The notes under the pieces: model-generated
What the model was told of the DNA's origin: nothing
The model's input: only the letters and a program-made list of their open reading frames with translations
Database searches by the model: none
Translations under genes and position numbers: made by a program
Part shown: positions 53,338 to 60,661 of the stretch, one piece after another
Layout: each line of letters begins with the position of its first letter
Position numbering within the stretch: the first letter of the stretch is position 1
DNA from: a virus
Lineage: Duplodnaviria; Caudoviricetes
Reading direction: 5' to 3' (one strand)
DNA length: 64,000 nucleotides
IMG/VR virus record: IMGVR_UViG_3300005937_000006
Location: 8,967 to 72,966 of that record

Positions 53338-53721
53338 CTGTGTGGCTCCTTTCCGCGAAGGCTTCGTGCTTCGCGATCTCTACGTCAGGGCGCAGGCTCT
53401 GGCGCAGGGATCGACAAGCGACGTGCCTAGAGCGTGCGACATGGCCTCTGGATGTTGGCCGGCACGCTCGTGCGCATGCACTGATAATTACCCCCACTTT
53501 TTTGGCTAAAAATGCCTAAAAAGGCCCCTTTGGGCATACTTCCGCTCCTTCGGGTCGCTTCGCGCCGCGCGCTCTCCCCCTTAGGCGGGGGCGGTGCATA
53601 GATTCTGCGCGGCGCTAGGATAAATTTTCCCCGGGCCGCGCTGAATTCTCGCCTGGAGTCGTCGTCCCCGGGCGCGCGTCAGGAGGCTCACTGGCGCCCC
53701 CCTGGTACCGGGACGCCAAGA

Positions 53722-53747
53722 AGCCCCCTGACCCATGTCAGGGGGCT
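53722..53747 (-). terminator. Probable intrinsic terminator
   Basis: AGCCCCCTGAC / GTCAGGGGGCT with a 4-nt loop, followed by TCTT on the - strand just downstream of the 53771 stop. Confidence 0.6.
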
Positions 53748-53770
53748 CCACTCGGAGGGGGTGGGCCGGG

Positions 53771-54466
53771 CTACTTGCCCTTCTTGGTCTGGCCCTTCTT
53801 GGGGCGGGCTGGCGCCTGGAGCTTTGCCAGTTCCGCTTTGAGACGCTCGATCTCGGCCTGGGCGCGGGTCAGCTTGTACTCCGCGCGTACAGCCCGCGTG
53901 TGAAGTCTATTCTGCTCGGCCTTGCACAAAGTGTGCGTTGCGACCTCGGTTACACGGCCCGGTTGGGCGCTGGTGTGGTAGTCGGCCACGGGCGGGAGCG
54001 GTTCGAGCTTCGGCAGAGGCTCCAAACGCAGTTCTTCGGGATTTTTTAGCCCCTCATATAGCGATACCTCGCTGTGGCTATAAGTATCGAGCCTCGCGCC
54101 GACCTCGGGATACTGGACCTGGACGCTCCGTAGCTCCCCTCGGGGCATGGTCGGTCGGTTCCCGCCCAGCCCGCGCACCCGTATCCCGGCAACGCGCTCC
54201 GCGTGGCCTTCGGTCCGTACCGGCCCGCAGCGGCATAGCCAGGGCTGCTCTTTCGTGCCAAGGCACTCGCCCCACGCCGCGTGCTTCACGAGCGGTGCTT
54301 CGGGACTCCCACCGCGCAACGGTTTCACGGTCAGGCGAGCGGTGGGGTCCACCTCCGTCGCCTCGGACTCCGGTGATTCTCCGGAAGCCGCGGCCTCTAC
54401 ATCGGCCTTGCTGATGTTCCCAAGGGACATCAGCTCAGCGAAAACGTCATCTAGGCTGGACATCAT
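53771..54466 (-). CDS. Hypothetical early protein with C-terminal coiled coil and basic tail
   Basis: 231 aa after GGAGG. Confidence 0.6.
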   Translation of the reverse strand: MMSSLDDVFAELMSLGNISKADVEAAASGESPESEATEVDPTARLTVKPLRGGSPEAPLVKHAAWGECLGTKEQPWLCRCGPVRTEGHAERVAGIRVRGLGGNRPTMPRGELRSVQVQYPEVGARLDTYSHSEVSLYEGLKNPEELRLEPLPKLEPLPPVADYHTSAQPGRVTEVATHTLCKAEQNRLHTRAVRAEYKLTRAQAEIERLKAELAKLQAPARPKKGQTKKGK

Positions 54467-54558
54467 CGGCCTCCGCAGGCACGGCGAAACCCCGGCAGGG
54501 CCTGCCTGCCGGGTGAGACGCGCGAAGCGGGCGGCCTTTCGGCCGCCCGCGTGAGGGC

Positions 54559-55272
54559 CTAAGCGCGGGCGAACTCGCGCACGCTGGCGGCCTGCGGATA
54601 GTTGGCGACTTCGGCATCACGAAGAGCGTTGAAGCACTTCGCGTGAGCGTTGAACTCTTCGCCCGTCATGCCTTCGAGCGCCCGCGTCGAGTTCTGCCGG
54701 AAGTTCGGCAGAGCAACAGCGCCCGCGTTCTCGACGATTTCTGACACGCGGCAGGCGCCGCATGGACGGTCACCGGTTGGCCGGTAGCCTTCGGCATTGT
54801 GCTGAATGGCCCGGTACAGAACGCCATCCTTGTCGCGAAGCTCTTTGTTCCCGTTCTGCTTTGCCGGCTTGCCCGGCTTGCCGGTCACTGGCGCGGCCTT
54901 CGGCTTGCCGAAGAGATCAAGAGCGGCGAACTGTGTTGCGAATGCCGCGCGGAGTCCGTACGCGGCCTCGTCGCGAGCGTTCAGGGTATCAAGCTCGCGC
55001 TCGCGCTCAACACGCAGGATCATCTCGTCAATCAACGGGTCAGAATCAAGGGCCTTCAGGGCCTTGATCTGAGCATCCCGTTTCGCGTTGACGGTAGCAG
55101 TCCGCTTGCGGGTGACATCGGCAAGATGCTTGCCGAGCAACTCGAAAGCCTTTGCGACATCGGCATCGTACGCGGGATGCGTAGAATCGGTAGTCGCGGC
55201 CTGGCCGGAAGGAATCTCTTCCTTCTGAGAAACCGTTTCGTTCGAAACGGTGGCGGGGGTATCGGCGGACAT
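54559..55272 (-). CDS. Hypothetical early protein (helical N-half, CGAC...H.KC)
   Basis: 237 aa after GAAAGG; first gene of the - strand block. Confidence 0.65.
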   Translation of the reverse strand: MSADTPATVSNETVSQKEEIPSGQAATTDSTHPAYDADVAKAFELLGKHLADVTRKRTATVNAKRDAQIKALKALDSDPLIDEMILRVERERELDTLNARDEAAYGLRAAFATQFAALDLFGKPKAAPVTGKPGKPAKQNGNKELRDKDGVLYRAIQHNAEGYRPTGDRPCGACRVSEIVENAGAVALPNFRQNSTRALEGMTGEEFNAHAKCFNALRDAEVANYPQAASVREFARA

Positions 55273-55343
55273 TGTCCGACCTTTCTGCCGCGTCTCTGCG
55301 CGGCCTTTGTGCTCGTCGCGCGCGCTCGCGTGCCCGACAACGA

Positions 55344-55370
55344 CATGATATCATGAAATCCAATTGTCAA
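55344..55370 (-). promoter_or_regulatory. Putative early promoter (extended -10) overlapped by a 12-bp palindrome
   Basis: TGa-TATCAT (-10 at 55350-55345) lies inside the palindrome CATGATATCATG. TTGACA at 55370-55365 is only 14 bp away, so it is not a canonical -35. Confidence 0.5.
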
Positions 55371-55611
55371 GAGCGAAAACCAGCTTATTCGGCCTTTTTG
55401 TGATGCCGAGGTTCCATTTCTCTTCGAGTATCTCAGAATGCGGGGGTGCCGACGCACGCGGCACGAAGACCTAAAGCTGTCAAGGTAACGTCGCCTCTTC
55501 TCCACGTTTTCACCGTGATTTCACCGGCACACGATCGCTCTGCATGCATGCATGCTTGCCTCGTATATCGCGGTTCTGCGACTCACGTCGCATTGTCAAG
55601 CTAACGTCCTC

Positions 55612-55640
55612 TTGACGACACGCCCTGCTCGGTGTAGACT
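55612..55640 (+). promoter_or_regulatory. Sigma70-type promoter for the + strand block, probably leaderless
   Basis: TTGACG, 17 bp, TAGACT; ATG 55646 follows 5 nt later with no RBS. Confidence 0.7.
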
Positions 55641-55645
55641 GGCGC

Positions 55646-55978
55646 ATGGTGATGCGTCAGCCACGCACCGAGTCGCTGGTCGAGTCGCGCTTGCTGCGGT
55701 ACATGAAAGGCATCCCCGGGCTCGTGCATTTCAAAATGGGGCGCGATGGCTGGCCTGATCGGATCGTGTGTTACCGTGGTGTGTTCATCGGGATCGAGAT
55801 CAAGTCAGAGCGCATCAACCACGAGCCAACCGTGAGACAAACGCAACGGATCGAGCAGATCAAGCGCGTCGGTGGCCTCGCTGGTGTGGTACGCTCGGAA
55901 GCAGAGCTAGAACAGTTCTTGCACAGGGTGGACAACTGGTATCACGACGGAGGTGGGTTCCCTTGGTCGCAACGATGA
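55646..55978 (+). CDS. VRR-NUC domain nuclease (Holliday junction resolvase-like)
   Basis: E..VE......GWPDRI...G.FIGIEIKS......Q...IE.I...GG...VVRS. Confidence 0.85.
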   Translation: MVMRQPRTESLVESRLLRYMKGIPGLVHFKMGRDGWPDRIVCYRGVFIGIEIKSERINHEPTVRQTQRIEQIKRVGGLAGVVRSEAELEQFLHRVDNWYHDGGGFPWSQR

Positions 55979-56487
55979 CGGCTCCCAGCAGCCCCCGGCC
56001 CGAAGAGATCGACCCGACTCCCCCGCCCGCTCCAGCCACGACCGACGAGCCCTCCGAGGAAGATGTGGAGGACGACGAAGACGAATCCGACGAGGATGAG
56101 GACGAAGAGTCCGACGAGGATTCCGAGGACGATGACGAAGACCAAGAAGCGGAAGCGCGCGGAGAAGCGGCAACAGTCCGAACTGCAACAGCGGTTGCGC
56201 AGAGGGCTCGACACTACATCGACCAAGGGATCGACCTCGACCAAGAAACCGTCACGTCCGAAAAAGACGGCTACATAGCGGGGCTGGTCGTCGGCATTCG
56301 TCTGGCCTGGGCCGACCCAGGGCTGTCCGACGATCTCGCGCGCATGATGATCGAAGCCATCGCGGACGGGTATGGCGTGCCCGTGGGCGAGATCGAACAC
56401 GGTGTGGAAGCCGACGTGCTCGGGCTGCTTGCCGACTACGAACAGGCGCATCCACGGCCCCAAGTGCCCAGACGAGCGAGTGCATGA
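55975..56487 (+). CDS. Hypothetical protein with long Asp/Glu tract
   Basis: ATG 55975; EEDVEDDEDESDEDEDEESDEDSEDDDEDQE, then a helical domain. Confidence 0.65.
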   Translation: MTAPSSPRPEEIDPTPPPAPATTDEPSEEDVEDDEDESDEDEDEESDEDSEDDDEDQEAEARGEAATVRTATAVAQRARHYIDQGIDLDQETVTSEKDGYIAGLVVGIRLAWADPGLSDDLARMMIEAIADGYGVPVGEIEHGVEADVLGLLADYEQAHPRPQVPRRASA

Positions 56488-56867
56488 CGAACGGCAAGCG
56501 CTACATCGGTCCGATGCAGGATCGCTTGATCCTGCCATCGGCCGGCAAGCTCGTGTCCTACGATGCTCAGGCGCTCGACATCCTCGATGCCGATGGGATC
56601 GCCGTGCTCTTCGAGCTACTGGAAGCCGACATCAACTTTGATGGCCTGAGCGTGCCCGTCCAATGGTTCGCCGCCGCGACTTCCTGGCAGCAAGCCGAGG
56701 CCATCGAACGCGCGGTGAATCGGGACTACCCTCCCACAAGCATGGCCGGCATCAGGATCGAAGGCGTCGTCAGAGCATCGGATGCCGTCCACTGGCTGCG
56801 CATGCTGCGGTTGCGCACCCACAATGGGCCGACGAAGCAGACTACGATGGCGCTACTGAAGCGATGA
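56484..56867 (+). CDS. Hypothetical protein
   Basis: 127 aa, ATGA-coupled. Confidence 0.6.
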   Translation: MTNGKRYIGPMQDRLILPSAGKLVSYDAQALDILDADGIAVLFELLEADINFDGLSVPVQWFAAATSWQQAEAIERAVNRDYPPTSMAGIRIEGVVRASDAVHWLRMLRLRTHNGPTKQTTMALLKR

Positions 56868-57178
56868 ACGAACCCCCGCGCATGCCTACTAACCAATCAT
56901 CGCGCATGCGGCGCCCCGACGAAGCGGCGTTCAATCGGCTGTACCGCCAGAACGAGCAGTGTCGGAGCGAAGTGGCCCGGCTGCGCATCCAGTCCGATCG
57001 GCTGTTCGTGGCGCTGGCGACACTGCTGGCGTTCTGCGCGGAGCATGAGCGCAACTCGCTGCTGTATGACGACCGCCCCGTGTGGCGAGCGGCGCCCACA
57101 GGCGATCCGATCACCGCTGCCAAGATCGTGATCAAAGACGTGCTCGCCGCAGCAGCCCAACAGGCACCGACATCATGA
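56864..57178 (+). CDS. Hypothetical coiled-coil protein
   Basis: ATG 56864, ATGA-coupled. Confidence 0.55.
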   Translation: MNEPPRMPTNQSSRMRRPDEAAFNRLYRQNEQCRSEVARLRIQSDRLFVALATLLAFCAEHERNSLLYDDRPVWRAAPTGDPITAAKIVIKDVLAAAAQQAPTS

Positions 57179-57429
57179 GCCGCACCTATCCCGAACGGCA
57201 TTCGCATCGCAGCCCGCAGTGGGATGGCAAGGTCGATCCCGAGATCATGGCCGAGTGCATCGTCATCGACAGTGCCTTCGCGTCATGGCTGATGAAGCGG
57301 CACCTGGACAACAACGACGTGCTCGACATGGCGACAGTGCGTGCTGCCTGGAGAGCCGCATGGGTGGAAGGCGTGATCAGCGAACGATTCCGTGTACGGC
57401 TCGCTCCCCTCCCCGACCATGACAACTGA
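57175..57429 (+). CDS. Hypothetical protein
   Basis: ATG 57175, ATGA-coupled. Confidence 0.55.
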   Translation: MSRTYPERHSHRSPQWDGKVDPEIMAECIVIDSAFASWLMKRHLDNNDVLDMATVRAAWRAAWVEGVISERFRVRLAPLPDHDN

Positions 57430-58174
57430 AGAGGCTCGCAGCGCACCGCCTGCGAGCAACGGCGAACGGGACGGCACACGGACGCAGCCGTTCCCGTTCG
57501 CTAACCGCATCGTGGGCTATCGGCCCAACGTCGATCCCCGTGCGCTGCCGCCAAACCCTCGGAACCCCCGGCTGCATCCCGTGCAGCAGAAAGAGGCGAT
57601 CCAGGGCATCCTGGCGGAAGTCGGCTGGGTCGGCTGTGCGATGTACAACGTGCGCACGGGACGGCTCATCGACGGGCATGAGCGCCAGGAGCAGGCGATC
57701 CTGCACAACACGACCATCCCCGTGCTGGATGTGGACCTCTCCGAAGAAGAAGAGCGGCTGGTGCTCACGTCATTCGACCCCTTAGCTGCGCTGGCATCGT
57801 ATGACGAAGGCACGCTGACAAGCCTGCTCGAAGAAGTCTCGACATCTTCAGAGGCCGTGGCAACACTGCTGGCTGACATGCAGCAGCAGATCGACGTGCT
57901 GGCCGACACGGCGTCCGCGAACACGTTCACGAATCAAGGCCAGAGCCATCTCGGTGGCGACCGTCAGACGGAGCGGGCCACCATCGTGCGCATCGCACTC
58001 CACGTGCAATCCGTCCGACGCATCGAACAGGCGTTAGCGCGCTGCATCGCGCTCCACATCCGCGAGCAAGCTGTGACAACCCCCCGGCGCCTGGACCGGG
58101 GGGAAGCGCTCACGGAGATCATGGAGCAGTACCTCGCGCATACCCCGGCGACGGAGGACGCAGCCGGCGCCTGA
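57419..58174 (+). CDS. ParB/Sulfiredoxin N-domain protein
   Basis: VDP..L..NPRNPRLHP..Q..AI.GIL.EVGW......N.RTG.LIDGH.R...IPV..VDLSEEEE..VL..FDPL.A.A. Confidence 0.8.
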   Translation: MTTEEARSAPPASNGERDGTRTQPFPFANRIVGYRPNVDPRALPPNPRNPRLHPVQQKEAIQGILAEVGWVGCAMYNVRTGRLIDGHERQEQAILHNTTIPVLDVDLSEEEERLVLTSFDPLAALASYDEGTLTSLLEEVSTSSEAVATLLADMQQQIDVLADTASANTFTNQGQSHLGGDRQTERATIVRIALHVQSVRRIEQALARCIALHIREQAVTTPRRLDRGEALTEIMEQYLAHTPATEDAAGA

Positions 58175-58187
58175 CACCTACCAGGGG

Positions 58188-59255
58188 GTGTCCATGACTG
58201 CTGAGATCGAAGAGTTCCTTGCGGAGTGTCTCGTAGCGCGGGGCATCGACGTGGAGATCGGCCTCCGCGTCGCCATGTCCGAAGGTGGTGTGGACGAGTA
58301 CGCGCTCAGGGGCACGTTCCCGACCGGCTCGTCATGGTGGGCCTACCAGTTGCATTACGGTGGCGCCGGGTATGAATACCTGGGCACCGTGGCCGGTATG
58401 GGCAATGGCTTCACGGAGCTAACCCTCTGGCAACCCGGCGAGGAAGCGGCCTGGCGAGACGCAGCGCGATACGCGCTCAATCGCGCCAAGAACAGCGGCT
58501 GGTCGGCCTGGTATGGTGCCGCGCACGTCGGCATCGGCAAGTGGGACGGCATCGACCGCACGGCGTTCTGGGATGCCAACGCCGAAACCTGGGACTTCGA
58601 GCACGTCATCGACCTGCCGCCCACGGCGTATCGCGTTGTCTATGATCGGGCTGAGCCGCCGCACATGCAGAACCGCTCGTATGACTGTAGTCAGGAGTCA
58701 ATCGAGTGGAGCCTCTACGCGCTCGGGCGTGAGCCATCCGATGACTGGATGGAGAACGCCATGATCGCGGAAGGGGTCATGACACCCGACCTGGGATGCA
58801 CCGACGCCAGCGGCAACGGCTTAGCTGCGTTCATTCGGCGGCATTACGCCGAGTATGGCTACGACGCCAATACCGAACAGCGCGTCTCCTGGGACTGGAT
58901 CTGCAACGAGGGAGCCACCCCCGATGGCAGCGGGCATGCCTACCCGGTCATGATCGGCGGCGGGAACTGGTACCACTGGGCGGTGGTGCGCGATTTCGAC
59001 CCGGCATCCAGACAGCTCATGTTGGCGAATTCGGCCCCGGGGTGGGGCGGCGTCGGCCAGACGATGAATCGCGAGCAATGGGAGTCGCGCGGTCCCTGGA
59101 ACATCGTGCGCGTCACCCATCGCGATCTGTTCGCGCCGCCGACGCTTCCGCCCGTTGAGCCACCGGTCGAACCGCCGACCGATACGCGCATGGATCGCAT
59201 CCGCGAGCATGCCGAGGAGATCATCACTATTACCGAAGAGCCAGCGCCGTCATGA
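58188..59255 (+). CDS. Endolysin: lysozyme-like N-domain + C39-like cysteine peptidase
   Basis: GID....LRVAMSEGG...WWAYQL...GMG...YAL....GW.AWYG, then QNRSYDCSQES (Q-Cys), YHWAVVR (His) and LANS (Asn). Confidence 0.75.
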   Translation: MSMTAEIEEFLAECLVARGIDVEIGLRVAMSEGGVDEYALRGTFPTGSSWWAYQLHYGGAGYEYLGTVAGMGNGFTELTLWQPGEEAAWRDAARYALNRAKNSGWSAWYGAAHVGIGKWDGIDRTAFWDANAETWDFEHVIDLPPTAYRVVYDRAEPPHMQNRSYDCSQESIEWSLYALGREPSDDWMENAMIAEGVMTPDLGCTDASGNGLAAFIRRHYAEYGYDANTEQRVSWDWICNEGATPDGSGHAYPVMIGGGNWYHWAVVRDFDPASRQLMLANSAPGWGGVGQTMNREQWESRGPWNIVRVTHRDLFAPPTLPPVEPPVEPPTDTRMDRIREHAEEIITITEEPAPS

Positions 59256-59353
59256 ACGACGACGATGAGCCCGTCGCCGCGATCCTCATTCTCGTTGCAG
59301 CGGGTATCATCGCCGTCATCGTCGTGTTGTACCTGCTCACGCCGTCGAGGTAG
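59252..59353 (+). CDS. 33-aa single-TM protein
   Basis: Read manually: MNDDDEPVAAILILVAAGIIAVIVVLYLLTPSR; ATGA overlap with the lysin stop. Confidence 0.55.
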   Translation: MNDDDEPVAAILILVAAGIIAVIVVLYLLTPSR

Positions 59354-59355
59354 CG

Positions 59356-59529
59356 ATGCTCACGCTCGTGCTCTTCCTGATCATCCTGTTCGTGCTCTTC
59401 GGCGGCGGGGGCTACTATGTCACCCGTCCCGGCTACGCCGGTCCGGCCGCAGGCATGGGCAACCTGTTGTACATCCTGGCCGTCGTGGTGGTGATCGTCA
59501 TCGTGCTCAACCTGCTGGGGGTGATCTGA
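59356..59529 (+). CDS. 57-aa two-TM protein (DUF3309-like from memory; holin candidate)
   Basis: Read manually: MLTLVLFLIILFVLFGGGGYYVTRPGYAGPAAGMGNLLYILAVVVVIVIVLNLLGVI; TGATG-coupled to the next gene. Confidence 0.65.
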   Translation: MLTLVLFLIILFVLFGGGGYYVTRPGYAGPAAGMGNLLYILAVVVVIVIVLNLLGVI

Positions 59530-60245
59530 TGCCACAAGGCAAAGGCGCGGGTCATCGCGAGCATTCCACGCTCGATCAGAAGGTACACCTCCGACAGCAG
59601 GTGCTGGCCGATATCGCTCGCGATCCAACGAGAGATCCGCGCTTGCCGCCCATTGTGCTAGAGGCGTATGGCGGCTCGGGCTCGGTCTACGCGCGTTGCT
59701 ACGGGCCGAGGCGATTGCTCTCGGCTGAGCTACCGGTCCTCGCAACGCTCCCAGCAGTGACGGATGGGGTGGTGCTGGAAAGGGACGCCCAGAAAGTCGA
59801 TCGGCTTACCATCGTCCGTCCGCATTGGGCGGTGTACCAGGGCGACACGCCGGCCCTGTTGGGCTCGGGCCTGGGCGGACATCTGGCCTGCGATCTCTGG
59901 GACATCGACCCCTATGGCGAGTCGCTGACCACGCTCACGGCGCTGCTGATGTCGTGCGCGCAGGGGCTCCGGCCCAGTCCCCCCACGGTGTGGATCGCGG
60001 CGAACGACGGTGCCCGACAGGCGCTGCGGCGGCGGGCGGCAGCGGTCTGGGAAGCGGACTACCTGCCGAAGCAGATCGTGGATCGGTACGGCACCGCCCT
60101 GGAGATGAACTACCTGGATGTCGTCCGCGAGATACTGGAATCGCTGGCAAGGATCGCCGGGTACACCGTCGAGCGATACGACGGCTACTACTGTGGGCAT
60201 GTGCTTCAGAATACCCACTACTGGGCACGGCTGGAACGCACGTGA
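59529..60245 (+). CDS. SAM-dependent methyltransferase-like protein
   Basis: True start ATG 59529; H.TL..KV.LR...IVLEAYGGSG.VY (motif I), VLERD, YQGD, WDIDPYG. Confidence 0.65.
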   Translation: MPQGKGAGHREHSTLDQKVHLRQQVLADIARDPTRDPRLPPIVLEAYGGSGSVYARCYGPRRLLSAELPVLATLPAVTDGVVLERDAQKVDRLTIVRPHWAVYQGDTPALLGSGLGGHLACDLWDIDPYGESLTTLTALLMSCAQGLRPSPPTVWIAANDGARQALRRRAAAVWEADYLPKQIVDRYGTALEMNYLDVVREILESLARIAGYTVERYDGYYCGHVLQNTHYWARLERT

Positions 60246-60439
60246 GCCCAGAGACGCGCATCAAGCTCCACACGTGGCTGGCGGTGATCTGGCTGGTGCT
60301 GACCATTGTGACAACCGCGTGGGCCTGGGCAGTGCAGAAGGACATCCTGCTGGGGTGGATCACCTTCATGTCGGGGTATGCTAACGTCGGTACACACTGG
60401 TCGGCCCGCGAGGGTGCGGCGCCCTCTGCGGAGGCATGA
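60242..60439 (+). CDS. Small two-TM membrane protein
   Basis: GTG 60242; WLAVIWLVLTIVTTAWAW...WITFMSGYANV..HWSA. Confidence 0.6.
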   Translation: MSPETRIKLHTWLAVIWLVLTIVTTAWAWAVQKDILLGWITFMSGYANVGTHWSAREGAAPSAEA

Positions 60440-60660
60440 TGGCACAGTACACGCTGAAGATCCCCGAGCTTGCCAACGCTGAACTGAAGCTCACCGTCGA
60501 GATCGAGCGCCTGCCGATCACCGACGACAGCATGCCGAGCTACGCTGAGCTTCGCCCGTCACGAGTCGTCATCCATCTCGGCGGCGAAGAGGTCTACTCC
60601 TGGCAGCGGCCGGGCATGGTAGCGTCCATTGGTGATGCGCTCTCGCGGCGGAAGCCCTAA
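60436..60660 (+). CDS. Hypothetical protein
   Basis: 74 aa after GGAGG. Confidence 0.6.
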   Translation: MMAQYTLKIPELANAELKLTVEIERLPITDDSMPSYAELRPSRVVIHLGGEEVYSWQRPGMVASIGDALSRRKP

Positions 60661-60661
60661 C

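Noticed and set aside
54478-54552. Hammerhead ribozyme (CGAAAC followed by a stem)
   Set aside because: There is no CUGAUGA core on either strand and no correctly placed UH cleavage triplet; kept only as hairpins.
55365-55599. Three TTGACA on the - strand as canonical -35 boxes
   Set aside because: None has an acceptable -10 at 16-18 bp; treated as parts of a repeated motif instead.
59265-59528. N-terminal 88 aa of the 326-aa track ORF
   Set aside because: It is low-complexity and overlaps two better small membrane genes; ATG 59529 is coupled to the upstream stop.
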